A stretch of 64,000 nucleotides of DNA from an uncultured delta proteobacterium. GTDB taxonomy: Bacteria > Desulfobacterota > Binatia > UBA9968. Each line of letters starts with the position of its first letter. Position 1 is the stretch's first letter. Under the pieces are notes generated by a model, which searched no databases, had not been told where the DNA came from, and saw only the letters and a list, made by a program, of their open reading frames with translations. A program made the position numbers and the translations under genes. This document shows, piece by piece, positions 58,344 to 64,000 of this stretch. The stretch covers positions 64,001 through 128,000 of the forward strand of contig CAVYTU010000014.1 of assembly GCA_963771465.1 (NCBI GenBank). The letters run 5' to 3'.

Positions 58344-59348
58344 TTACAGCCTATAAAGCTTCTTTGGATTTTCGCGGCCGATCTTCCGCTTCGACGCCGC
58401 GGGAATATCGTCACGATCCAAAAACTCTTGGACGGCTTTCTTCATGCTGACGATGCCTTCGTGGGGAAAGTCGGAAGCCCAGAACAGGCACTCATCACCG
58501 AGCAATTCTAAATCACGGCCGGTGGTCATCTCTTCGCCGCACTGAAAATAAATCTGGCCGCGCTCGATCAGCTTCGCCGGCGGCACGGCTTCGCCCATGC
58601 GGTTGCCCATTTTGCTCATCAGGTACGGCACCCAACCGCAGCCGGCTTCTAGAAAAGCAATTTTCAAATCCGGCAAGCGGCCGAGCAATCCAGAAAACAT
58701 GAAATTGGTGAACTGGCGCATCTGCGGCCAGACATGCGCCAAGGTCGCCGCCTCGCCGCGCCACATGAATAGATCGTTGTTGCGTAGAGAATTTTGCGAA
58801 TGCACGGCGAGCATACAGCCCAAACGATTTGCCTCTTCGTATACCGGATGAAACTCTGGATGTCCCAGCGGCCGCGGTAAGCCGTCAGCCGGCAACACCG
58901 CGCCGACCATGGCGTAATCCTTCACGACTCGGCGCAGCTCGACCACGGCCGCGGGTACATCCTGCAAAGGCAGAACCGCGACGCCTTTCAAGCGCGCATC
59001 ATGGCGCAGAAATTTATCGTGCAGATAATCGTTGTAGGCGCGACTTAAATCGACGGCGAATTCCGTCATGCCGACCTGGCCGATATGCATGAAGCGCGTC
59101 GGATAGACGACCGCCGCTTCGATATTGCCTTGATCGAGCGCCTGCTGCCAATCCGCCAGGGTGGGAATCAAGAATGAAGCGCCGATGCCGGCGCGACCCG
59201 CCTGGCGATGCCAGCCGTGATGCGGCAGTAGCGGAAAATAAAGCACCGCCTCGCGCCGCGCCTGATAGTAGTCCGGCAAGTACTCAAACACATCGCTCTC
59301 GACCTCGCGAATATGGCCGTCGGCGTCGATCATTTTCCAGTCTTGCAT
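58344..59348 (-). CDS. Amidohydrolase_2 family protein
   Basis: IDADGH, LAVH, FLEAGCGW, WASDFPH. Confidence 0.88.
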   Translation of the reverse strand: MQDWKMIDADGHIREVESDVFEYLPDYYQARREAVLYFPLLPHHGWHRQAGRAGIGASFLIPTLADWQQALDQGNIEAAVVYPTRFMHIGQVGMTEFAVDLSRAYNDYLHDKFLRHDARLKGVAVLPLQDVPAAVVELRRVVKDYAMVGAVLPADGLPRPLGHPEFHPVYEEANRLGCMLAVHSQNSLRNNDLFMWRGEAATLAHVWPQMRQFTNFMFSGLLGRLPDLKIAFLEAGCGWVPYLMSKMGNRMGEAVPPAKLIERGQIYFQCGEEMTTGRDLELLGDECLFWASDFPHEGIVSMKKAVQEFLDRDDIPAASKRKIGRENPKKLYRL

Positions 59349-59368
59349 TACCAGCTCCTTTGCCGCGG

Positions 59369-59400
59369 CGAATCGGCAGGGCGCGATGAATCGCGCCTAC
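59369..59400. repeat. REP-like palindrome
   Basis: GCAGGGCGCGAT-ga-ATCGCGCCTAC. Confidence 0.5.
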
Positions 59401-59455
59401 AAGTTCAATTTTCGATTCTGCGCTCTTTGCGTTCTTTGCGGCTAATTATTCCGAT

Positions 59456-60211
59456 TCAGCCGTCGGCGATCATTTCGCCGAACTTGCCGCAAAACTCGCC
59501 GATGGATCCATTGTGGACAAAGTCCGCCGTGTCATCCAACGGGCCTTCTTCGCGATTGATAATGGCTAACAGCGCACCGTTGCGTTTGGCGACCACCGGG
59601 AAGGACGCTGCCGGCTGCACTTGCAGCGATGAACCCATGACGAGGAAAATTTCCGCTTGCTCGGTCCACTCCTGCGCCGTGCGCATGGCCTGCTCGGGCA
59701 TCGCCTGACCGAACGAAACCGTCGCCGATTTTAGGATACCGTCGCAGCTATCGCACTTGGGCGAAGAAAAATCGCCGACAAGTCGATTGATGATCAGCTC
59801 CGGTTCGAACTCTTTGCTGCAGTTCATACAAATGATCTTTCGGTTCGAGCCGTGCAGCTCAACGATCTGGTCATCCGGCAGCCCGGCCACGCTGTGCAGC
59901 CCGTCGACATTTTGCGTAATCAGCCCGATCAGTTTTTCCTTAACGCTGAGCGATTGGACGAAGTAATGGCCGACGTTGGGTTTGGCGCTTTTATATTGCT
60001 CCCAGCCATCGAGGCGGCGCTTCCAAGCTTCCATGCGCGCGGCTTCGCTGCTCATGTATTCTTGGAACGTTATCGGCCGATAACGCGTCCACAGACCACC
60101 GGGACTGCGAAAGTCTGGAATACCGGATTCGGTGCTAATACCGGCGCCGGTAAAAACCACGATCTGGTCGCTCTGACGAATTTTTACGGCAAATTCTTCA
60201 ATCTTGATCAT
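59456..60211 (-). CDS. cobB: Sir2/CobB-type NAD-dependent protein deacylase
   Basis: GAGISTESGIPDFR, TQNVDGLH, ELHG, two CxxC, GSSLQV; start MIKIEE. Confidence 0.9.
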   Translation of the reverse strand: MIKIEEFAVKIRQSDQIVVFTGAGISTESGIPDFRSPGGLWTRYRPITFQEYMSSEAARMEAWKRRLDGWEQYKSAKPNVGHYFVQSLSVKEKLIGLITQNVDGLHSVAGLPDDQIVELHGSNRKIICMNCSKEFEPELIINRLVGDFSSPKCDSCDGILKSATVSFGQAMPEQAMRTAQEWTEQAEIFLVMGSSLQVQPAASFPVVAKRNGALLAIINREEGPLDDTADFVHNGSIGEFCGKFGEMIADG

Positions 60212-60255
60212 GGCAAAACTTATAGAACAGCCAGAGTGGCGATGACAACTGAAAA

Positions 60256-61509
60256 TCAGCCCGCGCCGTTGCCGGCATCCGGTAATTTGAGGGACAGCGC
60301 AATAATGCCCCCGGCCGTGATCAAAATCCCGGTGATCATGAACCCTAAGGAAAAAAGCTTCGCGTCGCCCATCACACCGATAAAAGTCGGAATTGCGCCG
60401 CCGCCGATCAGATAGCCAAATGGAATCGTGAAACCGACCGCGAGATTGCGCGCCTGAGGCGGCGCAAGCACCGCCAAAGCGGCAAATCCCGCCGGGAAAA
60501 ACCACACCGCGAGCGCCGGTTGGATAATCACCGCGGCGTTCATCCAGCCGTCAGAGACTGTACCGAGCAGCAACGTTAAAATACCCGTAACGATCAAGCT
60601 CACGACCATCGTCCGCTTCGGTCCGAGCCGGTCCGAAACCCAACCACCAAGCACGCCGAATATCGGACCGTAGGAGCGCGAGAATGCTGTAACGGTGTTC
60701 GCCCAACTCGCATCCACATGGCGTTCGCTGACGAGGTAGAGCGGCAACATGGCGTAAATACCGACCGTGGAGCTCACGCCCATGCCGAAGAGAATCAGCA
60801 TGATCCAGAATGCCGGCGAGCGGACGAGCACGCCAAAGGCGTTCGATGCCGGTGATTCGCCGGCGAATCGGCCACCCCGACCGTAACGAAAGTAAGCAAT
60901 GGTGATAAGCGCCGAGAAAAACCCCAACACGGCCAGCGCCGCGCGCCAAGTCGAGTGACTAAGAAACAGTTCGGCGACAAACGGTCCGGTGAAAAACGCC
61001 AGATTGGGCGCCAGCTCGTGGATGGCGATCGCCTTGCCCCAGTGGCGCTGATCGACTAGCGCGGTAATCGTCGCGATCGCCGACGGCATGTAAAGTCCGG
61101 CGGCCAACCCTAACGCGTACAAGCCGGCGCGCATCGACCCAAGGCTGACCGAAGTCGACAGCAGCAAAAGCGCCGCTCCCACGCCGGCGCCGGAGATAAG
61201 AATGGTAAAGCGATGGGTCGTGCGCGATGACAGAAATCCCGAGCCGAGCAAACCGCTTAAATAGCCGGCGGAGATGAGAAAGAAAAAGAATCCCGCTTGG
61301 CCGTGGCTGATCGCCAATTCTTTTTCAATGGTCGGCAGGAGCGGAGAGAAAATAACCCGAGAAATAAAGTTGAGGAGAAAAATCAGCACGAGAAAGACCA
61401 GCGGAGCGATTTGCCGCCAAAACGAATCGGCCTGTGCACCGGTGGCTTGAACGATTTCCGGCGCGGCGCTTTTCTTCGTCGTCAGCTTTGAGGTATCTTC
61501 GCGTTGCAT
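60256..61509 (-). CDS. MFS transporter
   Basis: About 12 TMs, GWVSDRLG, WGKAIAIHE. Confidence 0.88.
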   Translation of the reverse strand: MQREDTSKLTTKKSAAPEIVQATGAQADSFWRQIAPLVFLVLIFLLNFISRVIFSPLLPTIEKELAISHGQAGFFFFLISAGYLSGLLGSGFLSSRTTHRFTILISGAGVGAALLLLSTSVSLGSMRAGLYALGLAAGLYMPSAIATITALVDQRHWGKAIAIHELAPNLAFFTGPFVAELFLSHSTWRAALAVLGFFSALITIAYFRYGRGGRFAGESPASNAFGVLVRSPAFWIMLILFGMGVSSTVGIYAMLPLYLVSERHVDASWANTVTAFSRSYGPIFGVLGGWVSDRLGPKRTMVVSLIVTGILTLLLGTVSDGWMNAAVIIQPALAVWFFPAGFAALAVLAPPQARNLAVGFTIPFGYLIGGGAIPTFIGVMGDAKLFSLGFMITGILITAGGIIALSLKLPDAGNGAG

Positions 61510-61585
61510 AAATTATCGGCGACTCTCAATGTCTACAACGCTGTGATAAAAGAAGCCAATGCAGCGGCCACGCTCAGGAGGAATC

Positions 61586-62575
61586 ATGCTCGGTAGAAAA
61601 CTTGCGATGATGACTATTTTTATGATCGCCAACATCTTTTCGAGCGCGGCATTTTGCGCCACTACTCAGACATCCCTACGTCTACTCTATCCCAGCTTCG
61701 CCGGCAGCTGGGCGACGGCGTGGATTGCCAAAGAAGCAGGTTATTTCAGCGCTGAAGGTTTAGATGTCGAACTGATCCGCGTCGGCGGCAGCACGCGCAT
61801 GGTTGCCGCCATGCTCGGCGGCAGCGCGCCAATCATTCAGGCTGGTGCCATCGCGGCGCTCACCGCCAACGTCGCCGGCGGCGATGTCGTGATCATCGGG
61901 TCCACGGGCACCGTCTCACCCTTTCGCCTGATCGCGCGCCCCGAGATCAAGCAACCGTCAGACTTGAGAGGCAAGAAAGCCGGCATCACAACTTTCGGCT
62001 CGACCTCGGACCAAGTCGTGCGAATCGCGCTCAAGCAATTCAATCTCGAACCGAGCAAAGATGTCGCGCTGCTCACCTTCGGCGCGCAACCGGAGGCGTT
62101 CGCGGCGTTGATGAGCGGCATGGTCCAAGTCGCCGCGCTGAGCTACCCGCTTTATCCGAAGGCGGTGAAAAGCGGCATGCGTGAGCTGGTCAACTTTGCC
62201 GATCTCGGCGTCGAGGATATCAACGGCACCGTGATTACGACGCGCGCCTTCATCATTCAGCAGCGCGACACGGCCCTCCGTTTCATGCGCGCCTTCACGC
62301 GCGGCATGCAACGCTATCGCACGGATAAGGAATTCAGCAAGAAAATCCTGGGCAAATACGGCAAGATCAACGACGAAGAAACTTTAGAAGGCACCTGGCA
62401 AGACTACGCGCCGACGTTGCAGAAAAGTCCGCGCCCGTCGGTCAAGGCGATTCAGTTTATGATCGAGAACCAGTTTCCCGGAAAAAAACCACTACCGAAA
62501 CCGGAGCAATTCGTCGACTTCTCAATCGTCGAGCAGTTGGAGAAAAGCGGTTTCGTCGACGCGCTCTACAAGTAA
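61586..62575 (+). CDS. NMT1/SsuA-like substrate-binding protein (orphan)
   Basis: AKEAGYFSAEGLDVE, DLRGKKAGIT; AGGAGG RBS. Confidence 0.88.
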   Translation: MLGRKLAMMTIFMIANIFSSAAFCATTQTSLRLLYPSFAGSWATAWIAKEAGYFSAEGLDVELIRVGGSTRMVAAMLGGSAPIIQAGAIAALTANVAGGDVVIIGSTGTVSPFRLIARPEIKQPSDLRGKKAGITTFGSTSDQVVRIALKQFNLEPSKDVALLTFGAQPEAFAALMSGMVQVAALSYPLYPKAVKSGMRELVNFADLGVEDINGTVITTRAFIIQQRDTALRFMRAFTRGMQRYRTDKEFSKKILGKYGKINDEETLEGTWQDYAPTLQKSPRPSVKAIQFMIENQFPGKKPLPKPEQFVDFSIVEQLEKSGFVDALYK

Positions 62576-62628
62576 TCCCGCAGGGTAGGAGGAAACTCGG
62601 GCCTCGACATTCGGCGATTACTCGATCG

Positions 62629-62940
62629 CTACTTGCCCTGCACCTGCAAGTTATTGACGACGCCTTTGACACCGCCGACGCCGCGGGTGACCTGTTCGGC
62701 GCGAGCACGATCGGCAGCCGATTCGACGACGCCTGATAACTGGACGACAGAGCGATTGGTATCGACCTGAACGCGCGTCAGCGTGGTGCCTTTCTCGGCG
62801 GCAAGCTTCGTTTTGACCGTTGTGGTGATCGTCGTGTCATCGATATTCTCGCCCATGGTTTCACCCGTGATCGCCTGACAGCCGGTGAGCAGCAACATCA
62901 AGGCGATTGCCGGAAATATTTTCTTTATCGACGTTAGCAT
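62629..62940 (-). CDS. BON-domain lipoprotein
   Basis: Lipobox LLTGC, DDTTITTTVK, VQLSG, GVKGVVNNL. Confidence 0.88.
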   Translation of the reverse strand: MLTSIKKIFPAIALMLLLTGCQAITGETMGENIDDTTITTTVKTKLAAEKGTTLTRVQVDTNRSVVQLSGVVESAADRARAEQVTRGVGGVKGVVNNLQVQGK

Positions 62941-63192
62941 CGTAAAAACCTCCAATCCTTTGATACAAACTGAGCCCTTATACTTCCCGAACCGTACCGT
63001 TGCAAGACGAAAAATAGCTTACGCCACATTGCGCGCCAACTAGCGGATATGATCTATCGACTCCTTGAGCTCCGGCGCATCCTCGCGCGGCACGCACTCG
63101 CCGCAAATTAGGTCTCGTATTATTGAGCTAAACATTCAGCATTGAAAGCTACGCTGCTTTGATGCAGCGAATTCATGAATGGCTGCGACACT

Positions 63193-64000
63193 TCACACAT
63201 CTCCCCACACATCCCGCGCCACCTCCACGACTAACTTCATTTTCGCGATCTGATCGTCGACCGTCAATTTGTTGCCCAACACCGTGCTGGAAAAACCGCA
63301 CTGCGGGCTAATGCCCAACTGTTCGAGGGGGACCAACTTCGCCGCCTCATCGATGCGCCGTTTGAGATCGTCGGGATTTTCCAGCGTCCCCGTCTTTGTC
63401 GTCACCAAACCGAGAATCAGCTTCTTATCCTTCGGCATGTAGCGCAGCGGCGCGAAGTTGCCGGCACGCGGCGTGTCAAATTCCAAGAAGTAGCCGTCGA
63501 CTTTCAATTCATTGAACAGCACTTCCGCCACCGGATCGTAGCCGCCTTCAGCAACCCAGGCACTGGCGAAATTGCCGCGGCATAGATGCGTGCATACGGA
63601 CATATTCGCCGGCCGGTCTTTGATGCAATCGTTGATCAGGTTCGCATACAAAGAAGGCAGCTTGTCGGGATCTTCGCCGATCTTTTTTGCGCCTTCACGC
63701 ATCTTGGGGTCGCAGAGATAAGCGAAGTTCACATCGTCGATTTCTAAATACGTGCAGCCGGCGGCGCCAAGCTGAGCGATTTCTTCGCTAAACACCCGTG
63801 CCAAGTCGGTAAAGAATTCTTCCATCTCCGGATAAGCGACCTTATCGACGCCGCCTCGGCCGGTACGGAAGTGAACCAGCGATGGCGAGGGAATGCACTG
63901 CTTCGCCGTCTGCTTGGTCACTGAAGCGAGAAATTTGAAATTCTCAACTTCAATGCCGGCGCGTGGATGCCCTAACTTTCCCGTCACGACGAATTGGGTC
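63193..64000 (-). CDS. Cobalamin-independent methionine synthase II family protein (C-terminal part; truncated by window end)
   Basis: HLCRGN, FLEFD, SPQCGFSS zinc ligands. Confidence 0.88.
   Translation of the reverse strand, partial: TQFVVTGKLGHPRAGIEVENFKFLASVTKQTAKQCIPSPSLVHFRTGRGGVDKVAYPEMEEFFTDLARVFSEEIAQLGAAGCTYLEIDDVNFAYLCDPKMREGAKKIGEDPDKLPSLYANLINDCIKDRPANMSVCTHLCRGNFASAWVAEGGYDPVAEVLFNELKVDGYFLEFDTPRAGNFAPLRYMPKDKKLILGLVTTKTGTLENPDDLKRRIDEAAKLVPLEQLGISPQCGFSSTVLGNKLTVDDQIAKMKLVVEVARDVWGDV

Noticed and set aside
59456-60211. Anti-phage Sir2 (Thoeris/DSR-type) system
   Set aside because: Short canonical zinc-binding CobB-type sirtuin with no defence partners
1-64000. Numerous long antisense or alternate-frame ORFs (e.g. 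6443-7147, 31569-32345, 42916-43677, 54638-55372)
   Set aside because: Shadows of real genes expected in GC-rich DNA; no motifs or RBS. Also no tRNA, rRNA, transposase or phage gene was recognised, though a covariance-model scan was not possible

Overview
A 64 kb stretch of GC-rich bacterial chromosome. The gene content (orphan ABC_sub_bind paralogs, many amidohydrolases and NMT1-type SBPs, deltaproteobacterial-style IclR/TldD) suggests Candidatus Binatia or a relative; this is inference. Mostly transport and metabolism: ABC exporter, CDF, MltA, a NitT/TauT ABC importer, pgeF, an aas-like fusion, bioB, tldD/tldE, trpE-trpG with a clear Trp leader peptide and attenuator, CobB-type sirtuin and a MetE-like fragment. 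No rRNA, tRNA, CRISPR array, transposase or integrase was recognised. Most notable: (1) a CADD/PqqC-like di-iron oxidase fused to an enolase-superfamily domain, followed by a GH3 amide ligase and a small membrane protein, lying between aas and bioB (an apparently uncharacterised biosynthetic cassette); (2) three tandem RoxA/MauG-like di-heme proteins with a GMC oxidoreductase; (3) three copies of a 210-250 bp MITE-like element sitting at CTAR stop-codon sites; (4) an array of orphan solute-binding genes with relics, an embedded toxin-antitoxin pair and a structured upstream leader; (5) two archaeal-type genes (class II GAPDH-like, stand-alone ThrRS editing domain). Several frameshifts are +/-1 changes in short homopolymers and are probably read or assembly errors. 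All assignments come from motif recognition by eye; no searches were run.
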